Of a stretch of 64,000 nt of DNA, positions 1 through 11,034 are shown piece after piece (the stretch's first letter is position 1; the number at the start of each line of letters is the position of its first letter). The stretch comes from Hyaloraphidium curvatum SAG 235-1 (Eukaryota > Fungi > Monoblepharomycota). Position numbers and translations under genes: made by a program. The DNA is taken from positions 1,178,001-1,242,000 of the forward strand of contig JAIVFI010000002.1 in assembly GCA_025558095.1 (NCBI GenBank). The letters run 5' to 3'. The notes below the pieces were generated by a model. The model searched no databases. It had not been told where the DNA came from and saw only the letters and a list, made by a program, of their open reading frames with translations.

Positions 1-18
1 TGTTTGTGTACGGCAGCC

Positions 19-1103
19 TCACATCTCGAGAAAGGCAATCCCGTTGCTGATCACCTTGACCTTGCGCTCCGGCACAGAGGTCTCGAACGCGACCACCCTC
101 CGCCCGCTCTCCGCGTCCTTTCCCAGGTCCCACATCTCGGTCCGCAGCGATTCGCCCGGGTAGACGGGGCTGGAGAACCTGCAGCGGATCACGCGCAGCC
201 TGCCGGGCACGTTGGAGCACCAGCTCGAGAGCACGGCGCGGGAGGCGAAGCCAAAGGTGCAGAGGCCGTGCAAGATGGGGTTGGGGAACTGCTTGCGGGC
301 GTACTCGGGGCTGATGTGCAGGGGGTTCGTATCGCCCGAGAGTCGATCTGGCCGCAAAACAGTCAAAGAAGGTACTGAGGAACTCGCGACGACGAGACCC
401 ACAAACGATGGCCTGATCCGGCGTCGTCCGCTCCTCCACCACCTTGTCCGCCGGCCGCTGCGGCACTCTCCACTTTTCCGCCAGTTCGTCCCGAGGCCTC
501 TTCTTGCCGCCGAACCCGCCCGCGCCGATCACGAACTGCGTCGAGATCCATCGAGCCACTGGCTTCCCGAAACCCCGCTCGGCCAGTAGGTACTCCAACT
601 CCTGGATCATCCCCTTGCCGGCGTCGTACAGGCCGATGATAGAGGTGCGCATCTCGAAGCCGTCGCCCGAGTCGGGAGGAATGCCGTCGGGCGAAAGGAG
701 CTCAAAATGCTGCTCGCCGTGGACGCCCATGCCGTCCTTGGCCCCGGGGACAACCACCCTGGTCTTTGCGGTGCGGTCGAAGAAGGGGATCACGTCGAAT
801 GAGTCGCCTTTGTGCTAGCACGAGGGTTTAGCGACGCAGAACTCCAGGGTGGAGGCAAACACGAACCCGAAGCACGCATGGATAAGTTGGGAGAACAGAG
901 AAGCCCGGCGAGAGCTCATAGGTGAATCGCAGATCCGTTTCCCCGATGCCGACTCTGGTGAGAGGTTCGGGAACGAATCAGGTTGCGGTGGGGGCAGATG
1001 ACGCTCGGCAGACCACCCACGCGTACAGAATAACATCTCTTCGGTTCCACTTCACGGGCTCAACCCGCGGAGGGATCTTGCTGATGTCCGGAACGAGCGA
1101 CAT
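19..1103 (-). CDS. Peroxisomal-type enoyl-CoA hydratase 2 (double hot-dog/MaoC dehydratase), spliced
   Basis: Spliced translation gives WNRRDVILYA-VGIGETDLRFTYE...PTYP, VHGEQHF, and the hydratase-2 motif Y-RLSGDTNPLHISP...PILHGLCTFG, then FSSPVYPGE. At least 3 GT-AG introns. Ends FLEM*. Confidence 0.9.
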
Positions 1104-1358
1104 TGGTGGGAACGCGTCGCGGGAGACAAAGCGGGGACCACGATTGAACAGTCCCCGGCTGTCCGATCCGCCGGAAAGCGCGCAGAACCAAACGTTCTGT
1201 AGAGATTCGTAATCGCACGGCACTAGTTTGGCCGCGATGCGCCAAAGTGTCCGCCCCGGGGAGACGGCCGATCCCACAGCGCTGCGCCGCTTGCCGCTGA
1301 TCGGCGCCAGAACTTTCGTTGACAAACACCGAGCCCTCCCGCGCCGCTCCTCTGCTCC

Positions 1359-2531
1359 ATGCCGCCGGCGTCTGCCGCCGGACCCCCGGCCCGGCTCTCG
1401 CCGTTCGGCGAGGCGGTCGCCGGCGCCGCTGCAGCGGCGTTTGCGAACCTCCTGGTTCGTCCCCGACACGGGTGCGCTGCCCGGACCTGCTGACCGCCCC
1501 GTCTTGCCAGGTCTATCCGCTGGACGTGGTCTCGACGCGCATGCAGGTGCAGTCGAGGCGCCGCGAGGCTCAGGGGAACCTGCCCGACGGGAAACCGGGG
1601 CTGGATCACCACGCTTCGGTCGGGTACGCCTCGACGCTGGACGGCCTGGTCAAGATCTTTGAGCAGGAGGGCGTTACCGGACTATATGCCGGGTTGCAGA
1701 CGTCTATGGCTGCCACATTGTGGGTTCTTGGCCCGGCATGTGCTTCTTTCGCGCCCGTGACCCTTGCTGCCGCCGTCAGGCTGAACAACTTCTCCTATTT
1801 CTACGCGTATTCCATAATCCGCCGGGCATACATCCGCGCGAATCCCGAACCCCCTTCTACCATCGTCGAGCTCCTCCTGGGCATGCTGGCGGGCGCCTGC
1901 GCCCGAATCTGCACGACCCCGGTCAACGTCGTCACCACACGGTATGTTGCCCTCAACTGCGACCGCATTGGCCGTTTCTCACATTCGGACAATCAGGCAA
2001 CAAGCCCGCCCCGCCCTGACGTCCCTCGATATCCTCCGCGACATCCTCGACCGCGACGGGCCGAAAGGCCTGTATGCTGGGCTTCCCGCCGCCCTGGTGC
2101 TCACCGTCAACCCCGCAATCACATACGGACTCAACGAGCGGATGAAGACGCTCGGCTGGCCCAAGGGAGCGTTCGCCAGGGGCGCCCTGGGGAAGGCCGT
2201 GGCGACGATTGTCACATACCCGTACATTCTGGCCAAGGTGAAGCTGCAGTTCGGTGGCGGGGGAAGAAAATACTCTTCTGCGATGGAGGTACTTACGTCG
2301 ACGGTGGGAGATGAGGGTTTCTTTGCACTTTACAAGGTGGGCTCGGTTCGGCGTGCTTCATTTCCACATGTACTGAAACGACCCTCTCTTCAGGGGCTGG
2401 ATGCCCAGCTGTCGAAATCTGTGCTGACCCAGGCCATCCTGCTGGTGGCAAAGGACTGGATTGAAGCCCGCGTGCTCGCCGTCGTCGTGTGGCACTGGAT
2501 GCACCGCAATGGCCCTGCCAAGGTCGTGTGA
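1359..2531 (+). CDS. SLC25 carrier, peroxisomal adenine nucleotide/cofactor transporter (Ant1/PMP47/SLC25A17-like), spliced
   Basis: Starts MPPASAAGPPARLSPFGEAVAGAAAAAFANLL. Three carrier repeats: YPLDVVSTRMQ, TPVNVVTTRQQ, YPYILAKVKLQ. NFSYFYAYS and LVLTVNPAITY are typical of the Ant1/PMP34 subfamily. Confidence 0.85.
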
Positions 2532-2664
2532 AAAGTCTTGATTCGAACCCTTTGACCCTCGCTGCTCTCCGTTCGATAACCTTCTGCAATGTGTACATAA
2601 CACCCAAAGATGAAGTAGATACGATCTTGACTTGAACGCCTTCCATCCTCCTCCGCTGATTTTG

Positions 2665-3940
2665 CTAGCAGCAACCGTCGCCCTTGATGACCACAACGTC
2701 CCTCTCCCCTTCCGTTCCGCAGAGCGGCAGCTTGGTCACCTCGCTGTCGCCGACGACCGCCGTGTACGCCCATCCCTCGAACCGGGCCCACCCCAGCGCC
2801 GCCTCCCCGACAGCCACCCCCAGCATGGCGGCCACGAAGACCCAGATGTTGTATGACATGACGACGAGCATCACCACGTACGCCGCCGAGATGGACGGGA
2901 GGGTGCCCGCGAAGCGCAGCAGGGCGGCATCCAGCCGGGCACGGGGGGTGCGGATGCGGTCGCGCCGGCGGGCCAAGGTCGCGAGAAGGTCGCTGGTTGA
3001 AAATCAGCAATGGCAGTGCGACCAGTGCTGGAAACCGTACCGGACGATGGTGAGGAAGACGCTGCCGACGGCGATGGCGAAGATGGCGATGAGCGATGCG
3101 ACGAACTGGCCGTTGTCTGGATGCGGATGCGGCGGGGTAAACTACAGCTTGGTCACGGGGCCATGCATGCCGTAACCCACTGTTTGCAACCCATGTGTAG
3201 GAGAGGAGGTAGTCCCGGAAGCCGGCGTGGAAATACATGAGCATGTTGGGCGGAGGAAACCCGTCGCTGTTGGCAGTGCAGAGGGTGGTCGAGGCGAGCG
3301 GGCCGGAAGACGAGCACATGGAAGCATGGATGATGCACTGGCTCATCGTCGGCATCGCATTGCAGAGGTCCGAGTAGACGGCCTGCATCGAAAAGTTGTT
3401 GAGACGGGGGCGAAAGCGATGACTGCAGCGACCCACTAGCAAATCGCAGTTGGCGTAGGTGACGCCGCCAACGTAGGAGCATTTCTCGCATCCGGTCATC
3501 GTCATTTCGGTGCAGATGCTCTTCACGGCCGCGTTCACCGCGTCCGTTGTCGGGAGGCCCGGCAGAGCGGGGTTCGCGGCGCACTGCGCCACCACCGACA
3601 CGTTGCTGCACATCGAGACGTAGTTGCGGCATCCTCCCATCATAGACATTCCCGCGTCGGAGACGCAAGTGTCCGCTACGAGGCTCATGGGCGTGCAGAA
3701 GCCACCTGCATGCAGCGCCTGTGCGTTGTCCCCGCTCGAAGCGCACATGGCGGCAGCCGAGCAGCCTGTCATGAAGGGCATCGAAGTGCAGAGGGATGTG
3801 AGGTCGGCAGTGGCATTTGCGTCGGGGTATATGAACGAAGCGCAGGTGGCCGTGGTGGGGTCGGCTACGCAGGGTGCCGCCGCGGTGGCGCGGGCCCCGA
3901 GCAGCAGGAGGCCGGCCAGGAGACTGACGAGGGCGAACAT
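2665..3940 (-). CDS. Ctr (SLC31) copper transporter with signal peptide and Cys/Met-repeat ectodomain, spliced
   Basis: Signal peptide MFALVSLLAGLLLLGARATA. Repeats LCTSMPFMTGC, GMSMMGGC, ICTEMTMTGC, LCNAMPTMSQC. MLMYFH precedes TM1 (GQFVASLIAIFAIAVGSVFL). MxxxM motif MLVVMSYN, GxxxG (GVAVG) and C-terminal CC. Confidence 0.9.
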
Positions 3941-4183
3941 ATCTTCGGCACCGAACCGAGTAGGGGCACTTGGGATGAGAATCTGCTTTGTGGCGGCGCA
4001 GAGGGGGCGGAAGAAGGTTGTTGGCCGGTCGGCTCAGCTCGCCGGCCACAGGTCTTCCGGTTCGCTCCGAGGACTGCGGATCGGCGGCACAATGCGCACT
4101 CCGCAAGCCTGGCAGTGACCGGATCATTTTCTCGAGGTATATTTAATGCATCTGCGCTTTTCCTGCTGCGAGGTAAGGCATTC

Positions 4184-4237
4184 GGAGCGGCTGAAAGTTG
4201 GGACCGCTCCCTGGAGCGAAAATCGCTCATCGAGCTC
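4184..4237. promoter_or_regulatory. Cluster of inverted GCTC-core motifs in the Ctr divergent promoter (candidate copper-response elements)
   Basis: GGAGCGG(4184)/CCGCTCC(4204), CGCTCC-CT-GGAGCG (4205-4218) and GAGCGA-AAA-TCGCTC (4214-4228), with an AT-rich TATATTTAAT at about 4138. Confidence 0.3.
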
Positions 4238-4442
4238 CATTCGTGACCCGGGGTTCCGTCCGCAGCCGTGACGGTCGGTAATGAATGCCAGAATCGCGGA
4301 CATGATCATTCGGCGGGAACGAGGGCGGATGGAGGGGGTCAAAGAATGCCTGACTAAAGCAAGCTTCCGGTTGCGGCCGACGACCGCGAGCTGGAGCAAG
4401 CGGGGCGGTGCTCCGATTCCGAGCCCCATCCACACACGCAGA

Positions 4443-5549
4443 ATGGCGCTCACGGCCGTCCTCTTCGTCCTCACACTCGCGCTGGCCGCGATCTCAGCCG
4501 TAGCAGCTCAGCATGGCGGCATGCCTTCCATGAACAACACCGGCGGCGTCTTGCTGTCGGACCAGTGCGTCGTGACGCCCTCCACTACAGGATCCGTTCA
4601 TGGTCTCGCGTCTGCGGATCCCCTCGCTAATCTCGCTTCCGATTCTGCAAGTTGCGAGTACTACCAGCTGCCGCACCACACCTCCGTTGCCGACCTCGAC
4701 AACCTCTGCACTATGATGCCCTTCATGTCCGCGTGCTCCGTGCGCGACCTGTGCGCCGCGGGGGCGGTGCCGTACCTCAACGCGTCGGGATGGTGCAAGC
4801 CGTTTTCCCTTCTCGCTCATGTGTGCTCCGTGGACGAGGGGATGTCGAAGATGAAAGGCTGCGTGAACTACAACAGGTGGGCTCTGCCGTCTCTGCCTGC
4901 TCCAAATCTTCCTTGCAACTCACTCATTAGACTTCTTACGTGCATCCTACTGTGTAATGTCACTGCCGGCATGGTTGTCATCCAGTGCAAGGCCATCGTG
5001 CCCCTGCCCAACCTGCCTTCGACGATGCCACTCAACGCCGTGGTGAAGAGCATCTGCGAAGAAATGCCTTACATAAGCGGATGCGAAAAGGTGAACATCG
5101 ACTGCACATGGCCTTTTGAAGGTTGTTAACGGTTCACTAGTGCTCGTACGCCGGGAATGTCACCTTCGCCAACTGCGACCTGCTCGTAAGTCCCATCCAC
5201 TGCTCACGCTCGCCATAGCCACCAGCTCGGTGCATGCATCCCTTTTCAGAGCGTCTACAGCCAACTCTGCCGCTCGATGCCCACGCACACGCAGTGCTTC
5301 ATGATGAACACAATCTGCGCCGGCCCCACAGGTAATACCACCTTAGGCCAAGGGTGGAGCTACACGGCGTACCAAGGACAGACCTCGCCGCTTTCGATCG
5401 TTACTTCGACCAACGGGGTGGTTCCCAGCCCTACTCGGAGCATGACCACGGTCACGTCGACGAGCAGGCCGAGCGGTGGCAGGAGAGTGCACGCGGGGAA
5501 GCTGTGGCTCGCGGTAGCTGTCTTTGCCCTTCCTGTGTTCTTGAAGTAA
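4443..5549 (+). CDS. Secreted, probably GPI-anchored Cys/Met-rich copper-binding protein; paralog of the neighbouring Ctr ectodomain, spliced
   Basis: Signal peptide MALTAVLFVLTLALAAISAVAA. Repeats LCTMMPFMSAC, GMSKMKGC, ICEEMPYISGC, LCRSMPTHTQC are colinear with the Ctr ectodomain. Ser/Thr-rich stalk and hydrophobic tail KLWLAVAVFALPVFLK*. No Ctr TM domain. Confidence 0.8.
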
Positions 5550-5699
5550 GAGCTGGCCGAGTTGTTGCGTCGCAGATGACGCGATCTGCCACGTGTGGCA
5601 AAGTTCCAATCTCGCCATTCTCCCCCGACTTCCGCGTCTCCCGCACCCGCAGCCTCGTCACGAGACCAGCAAGGGACCTACCGTAGCACTCTGCGTGCC

Positions 5700-6917
5700 A
5701 TGTCAGCCGCAGCGCTTGACTCCGTTGCGCGCGGCGACGCTCCTTTCGCCTTTGAGCCGTTCGGTCTGCCCGCCAGCAACCAGCGGGCTCTCGGCGCGCC
5801 GCACTCCCCGGGCACCGTGTTGCCGCTTGCGCTGCGCCCTGCCGGCACGGACGGCGCCGATCTCGGTGCCGCGATCGCGGAAGTGCGCCGCCTGCAGGCC
5901 ACCGGAGAGCTCACCACCGCGCTCGCCAAGAACGGCGCGCTGCTCTTCCGCGGCCTGCCTATTCGTACTGCGAAAGATTTCTCCGAGTTTGCCCACGCCT
6001 TCGGCTTTGCCCCGCATGAAATCATCGGCATCGTCGTCGAGCGGCCCGAGCTCGCGCCCAACGTCGCCCCCGCCAACGAGTCTTCCAAGGAAGTGCTTAT
6101 ATATAACCACAACGAATCGCCCCAGGTGCCGCATGCGCCCGAGTACGTCATGTTTAACGCGCACCACATCGCTGCCGGCCTGGAAGGCGGCGAAACTCCC
6201 ATCAGCTCTAGCCTGGAGCTGTTCGAATTGGCCAGGCGCGAGATCCCCGAGTTCGTCGCCGAGCTGGCCGAGAAGGGCATACTCTCCCGCATTACGTACA
6301 CTGCGGAACCGCAGTACAAGGGCGGCTCCACGCTGCGGCAGGCGTTCGGCAAACACGTGCTGGAATCGGACCCGCCCCAAGTGCGAAGGGCAAAGATGGA
6401 GGTGCAGCTCGCTCGGTACGCGAGGGGCAAGCACACGACCTGGGAGTGGCAGGACGGTGGAGACACGCTTATCGTGACGCACCGCCTTCCCGCCATCCGC
6501 ACTCAGCCCGGGACCGGACTGGGGACGCTCTTCACCGGGCTGGCTGCGTACTGGAAGAATGCGCAGCAGCAGGCGCAGCAGGGTGCCGCCAGCGCGACGC
6601 AGGCGGCCCGAAAGAAGGTGACCGTCCAGACGTTCGGCGACGGCACCCCCATCCCCGATCGGTACCTCGCCAAGTTGGCCGAGATCACCGATCGGATCCG
6701 CATCCTCCACAAGTGGCAGGTCGGGGACGTACTCGTGTTCGACAACGTGATCGCGCAGCACGGACGTGAGCCGTGGAAGGGCGAGCAGAGCGATCGCGTG
6801 GTTCTGGCGAGCCTGTGGGACGGCCAAGTGCCTGGCGCGTACACCGACGCGGACTGGGCTCGGGTGGTGCAGGCGCTGGAGGATGTGGGATTTGAGGGCA
6901 AGCCCGCAAAGCTGTGA
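5700..6917 (+). CDS. TauD/clavaminate-synthase-like Fe(II)/2OG dioxygenase with PTS1 (AKL), intronless
   Basis: GALLFRG, HNE (HxE), GGETP, WQVGDVLVFDN...HGR. Ends GKPAKL*. Confidence 0.9.
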   Translation: MSAAALDSVARGDAPFAFEPFGLPASNQRALGAPHSPGTVLPLALRPAGTDGADLGAAIAEVRRLQATGELTTALAKNGALLFRGLPIRTAKDFSEFAHAFGFAPHEIIGIVVERPELAPNVAPANESSKEVLIYNHNESPQVPHAPEYVMFNAHHIAAGLEGGETPISSSLELFELARREIPEFVAELAEKGILSRITYTAEPQYKGGSTLRQAFGKHVLESDPPQVRRAKMEVQLARYARGKHTTWEWQDGGDTLIVTHRLPAIRTQPGTGLGTLFTGLAAYWKNAQQQAQQGAASATQAARKKVTVQTFGDGTPIPDRYLAKLAEITDRIRILHKWQVGDVLVFDNVIAQHGREPWKGEQSDRVVLASLWDGQVPGAYTDADWARVVQALEDVGFEGKPAKL

Positions 6918-7136
6918 AGTTGGAAGTGCAGTTGTATTGGCATCGTCTTGTGACCAAAGTTGTTGAACGTCGAAGAGGGGCGGGCGGCTACGAACGCCTC
7001 GGTCGGGTGGTGTCGGCTCCGGAGCGTCGCGCCATCGGTCAACATTCCGCACCCAGAGGTCCGACTCAAGACCCTCGGTCCGGACCATATCCCGCTCTGC
7101 TGCTCAGCGGACAGCGCTTTCGCTCCCGGCGCTGCG

Positions 7137-9315
7137 ATGGTCCTCTACCGCTCGCCGTACCCGGACCTGACCATTCCGAAGTCGGTTGCCGTTCCTTGCC
7201 TCCGTCGGCCTCGCACCGACGCATCTCTTTTTCCATAGGGTCAGCGTTTACGATCTTCTCTTCTCGTCGCCGAAGCCGGCTTCCTCGTCGCCGCTCACGG
7301 ACGTCACCGCTTCGGAGTCGGGACCTGTCGACAGTGCTTCGTGGGAGACGCGGGACCTCTTTATTGACGCCGGCAACGGCACGGCGTACACGTGGCGGGA
7401 CGCCAAGAAGAGGATAGAGGAGCTCGCGCGCGCGCTGCGGAACGTCGGGAGGGACTCGAGGATCCCCTGGTCGCTGCGGGAAGACGAGGTCGTGGGCACT
7501 TTTAGCCCCAACCAGTGAGGCCGTCGCTGTTGGCGCTCATTGCGGTCTTCTCATCCTCAACTTCCTCCAGCATTGACTTCCCGATCGTCGTCTGGGGCAC
7601 TCTGCGGGCCGGCATGGTCATGACGGCCGCGAACCCGGCGTATACTGTCGGCGAACTGGAACACCAGCTGTCCGACTCCAAGACCCGCATCCTGGTCACT
7701 TCCCCCGCCAACCTGCCGTTGGCCGCCGAGACCGCCGCACGGGTCGGCATCCCCGTCGCCAACATCGTGCTCATGGACTCGCGCACCGAGGACGAGCGCA
7801 AGAAGGGCGGGGTGGACCGGCACTACGCGGATTTCCAGGGCACGCGGCTGTGGACGGTCGAAGGGCTCGTTCACGTCGGGCGATCGCTGGCCCCGCTGCC
7901 CGCGATCACGTACGGGAACGAGATTGTCAACAAAACCTGCTACCTCATGTACTCCTCCGGGACTACCGGACGCAGCAAGGTGGGCTGCGCCACGCAGCGA
8001 CAAAGCTGTAGGCTCACGGCTGTTTTCTTTTCTTCCAAGGGGGTTGAGCAGACCAACGGCAACATCGTGGCCAACTGCCTTCAGATTCAGGCTTCGGTGG
8101 GTTCGGTTGCATTTCTCCGCTTCCAACCAGACTCATTTGTCGCACGAAACAGGAGAAGTATTTCATTCCCGTCGGCAAGCGGATGCTGGCCGTTCTCCCT
8201 ATGTACCATTGCTATTCCTTGACGTGGTGTGTCCACTTTTCCGTGTTCCAAGGCGCACCATTGGTCGTCATGCCTGGGTATGTCGTTGATCGGGTTGCGC
8301 TTTCTGGTTTTCCTCACCCGTGGAACCACCAGGTTCAACCTCGCCGCGCTCCTTCATACCCTCTCGCACTACCAGATCCACTTTGCCCACCTCGTCCCCC
8401 CGATCATGGTGCAGCTCGCCAAGATGCCCCTGGAGGAGCTCCGCAAGTACGACCTCACCCACCTCCGCTGGATCGCCTCTGGCGCCGCGCCCATGGGCGC
8501 CGAGACCGGCGACGAGGTCATGCGGAGACTGCCGCGGGCGAGGATCAAACAGGGATACGGGATGACGGAGCTGGCCCCCGTGTCGATCGTGGAGCGGTAC
8601 GGGCCGCCAGAAGACGACGGGACCGGGTGCATCGGGGTGCTGCTCCCGAACCAGGTCGCGAGGCTGGTGGATTTGGAGGGCAAGGACGTGGGGCCCGGCG
8701 AGGAGGGGGAGCTGCTCATCAAGGGACCGGTAGGTTGACTTGAAGCTTCGCGGCAGGGAGATCGGCTCATCTCGAGGTGCCAGAACGTGATGAAGGGCTA
8801 CCTCAATCGCCCAGATGCTACTGCCGAGACTTTCGACGGCGACTTCCTCAAGACCGGCGATCTGGCGGTCGTCGACGAGCAGGGGCGGTTCTTCATCCGG
8901 GACCGGCTCAAGGAGCTCATCAAGGTCAAGGGCTTCCAGGTCCCGCCCGCGGAGCTCGAGGCGCTCCTCCTTACCCACCCCGTCGTCGCGGACTGCGCCG
9001 TGATCAGCATCCCGGACGTGGACGGGACGGCGGGCGAGCTGCCCAAGGCCTTCGTGGTGCTGAGAGAGAACGTCGCGGACCAGGGGAAGATGGCGGCCGA
9101 GATCCAAGCATTCGTCGCGGGAAAGGTGGCGCACTACAAGCGGCTCACCGGCGGCGTGGACTTTGTCGACGTTATCCCGAAGAGCGCGAGGTAAGTTGGC
9201 GCCTCCGGATCTGTTGGTCGTCCTGATCGCCTCTCGTTCCAGCGGCAAAATCTTGAGGAGGATCTTGAAGGACAATGACGCTGCCAAGCGGCAAAGCAGC
9301 AAGGCGAAGCTGTAG
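7137..9315 (+). CDS. 4-coumarate-CoA-ligase-like acyl-CoA synthetase with PTS1 (AKL), spliced
   Basis: YSSGTTGRSK-GV, QGYGMTE, GELLIKGP, FLKTGD, DRLKELIKVKGFQVPPAELE, IPKSAS-GKILRR. Last exon ends RQSSKAKL*. Confidence 0.93.
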
Positions 9316-9452
9316 ATGAGGGGTGTACGTTCTCAATTAATTGCCGAATTGGACAAGCAATTGTCGAGCACGTTCGCATCTTGAACGGAGCGATGGTTGG
9401 CGCGGCGCGGCAGATTGTTTCGCCGCCACCGACTCCCACGACAATCTGACCG

Positions 9453-10743
9453 ATGGCCAGCGCCTCCGCGCCGTCAAGAGCACCCAGCGGCGCAACGCCG
9501 GACGGCTCCAGTAGGAATGTCTTCCCAGACTTGCCACTATCCGTGCTTGTCAAGGATTTCCTGGTTACGCCCGACGATGCCCGCGTTTTCCCGGCGACCG
9601 GCATGACGGCCCCCGACGACCGGATCCGGCTTTCCGTCCGTATGTTCGCGGACTCGGACGTCGAGGACGGCCTGGACATCCTGCTCATGCACGCGACGGG
9701 GGTGCCCAAGGTGCGGTTCCTGCCTGCAGCACATGACGTGCCGGAGCTGACTCCCGTGCCTCAAACGACACTAGGCCTGTTACTACCCTCTTGTGCCGAT
9801 GCTGTTCCACGGTCTGCCGAACGTCCGCTCGGTGATCACCTACGACGCCCGGAACCACACCGATTCCGCGCTGCTCAACTCCCCCGCGCTCCTCGCCAAG
9901 GAGAAGGACGGGTTCTGGGCGTGGGGCGTGGACGCTCCCGCGGACTGCTGGGGCGTCGTCCGCGCCTTTGGTCTGGACAAGAAGGGGCACGGGGTGGTCG
10001 GCGTCGGGCACTCTTTCGGCGCGGCGGTGCTGGCATTGACGGAAATCCAGCACCCGGGGACGTTCGAGCACCTCGTGCTAGTGGAGCCGGTGCTGTTTCC
10101 CGCGACGATGGCGAGGAGCGGGCCGCCAAAGGTCGTGGGCAGCGAGCCGCCCCCGAAGCCCAAGGAGGAGGCGGGGCGTCCGCCGGACCGGATCGCGCTG
10201 GCTGCGCGGCGGCGCGCCGTCTTTCCCACCCTCCAGTTCGCCATGGAGTCCTTTGGTTCCAAAGCTTTCTTCAAGACCTGGGACAAGACCATGTTCGGGC
10301 TGTACATGGAGCACGCGTTTTCGAACCTGCCTTCGGGGGAGGTGAAGCTCAAGACGTCGCCGCAGCAGGAGGCCATGAGCTTCGCGGGCGGGCACACGAT
10401 GATGTGGTGCTGGCCGAGGCTGAAGGAGATACGCGCGCGGACGCTGGTCGTTTCGGGACGGACGTCGGACCACCTGCTGATGAAGGTCGAGGGGAAGGAC
10501 GGCGTCATCATGTGAGCTTCCAATGGTCGAAGGGTGGATTACTTTGCTGACGTGCTCGTTCACGGCAGGTCCAAGGATCTGGCGGTGGTTTCGCTGATTC
10601 CCGGCTGCCAACATGTGTTCCTGGATTGCGGACATATGGTCGTTCAGGAGAGGCCGCACGAGGTCGGCGAGGTGATCTGCAGGTTCCTCGGCGGTGCCGA
10701 GTACGGACAGCCAAAGCTGGACGCCGCGGCCGCCAGGCTCTGA
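9453..10743 (+). CDS. Alpha/beta hydrolase (Lpx1-like) with PTS1 (ARL), spliced
   Basis: LLMHATGVPK, DARNHTDS, nucleophile elbow VGHSFG, LVEPVL, catalytic His in CGHMVVQERP. Ends DAAAARL*. Confidence 0.88.
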
Positions 10744-11034
10744 ACACGGACAGCCAATCTGGACGCGGCGATGGCCTGCCCTCACTACTTTCAGCTGATA
10801 GAGTAGATGGATGACTAGATCGACCTTAGAATCGTCGCGCCAACAGTGATCGACCCGAAGTCCGAGCTCCGGTGCCTTCGAACTCTACGATTCGTGTTCG
10901 CAGCAAGCTCCCGGTTTTAGCCGTTTCTCTTGTCGAGTGCCAGGGCCTTGGAGGAGACACGCTTTCACATGTTTTCCAGCCGCGACGCACCGCCATCAGA
11001 CCCCTTCCTCCACTCCCCGTTCTAGCTCGCAACG

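Noticed and set aside
6997-7078. Two CCTCGG (FarA/FarB-type fatty-acid response) sites upstream of the 4CL-like gene
   Set aside because: The hexamer is expected often at this GC content, and I did not see it in the other cluster promoters I scanned.
10512-10532. Possible 21-nt intron in the hydrolase
   Set aside because: A 57-nt intron ending at the CAG near 10568 has a GCTGAC branch point and gives the same frame, so it is the better model.
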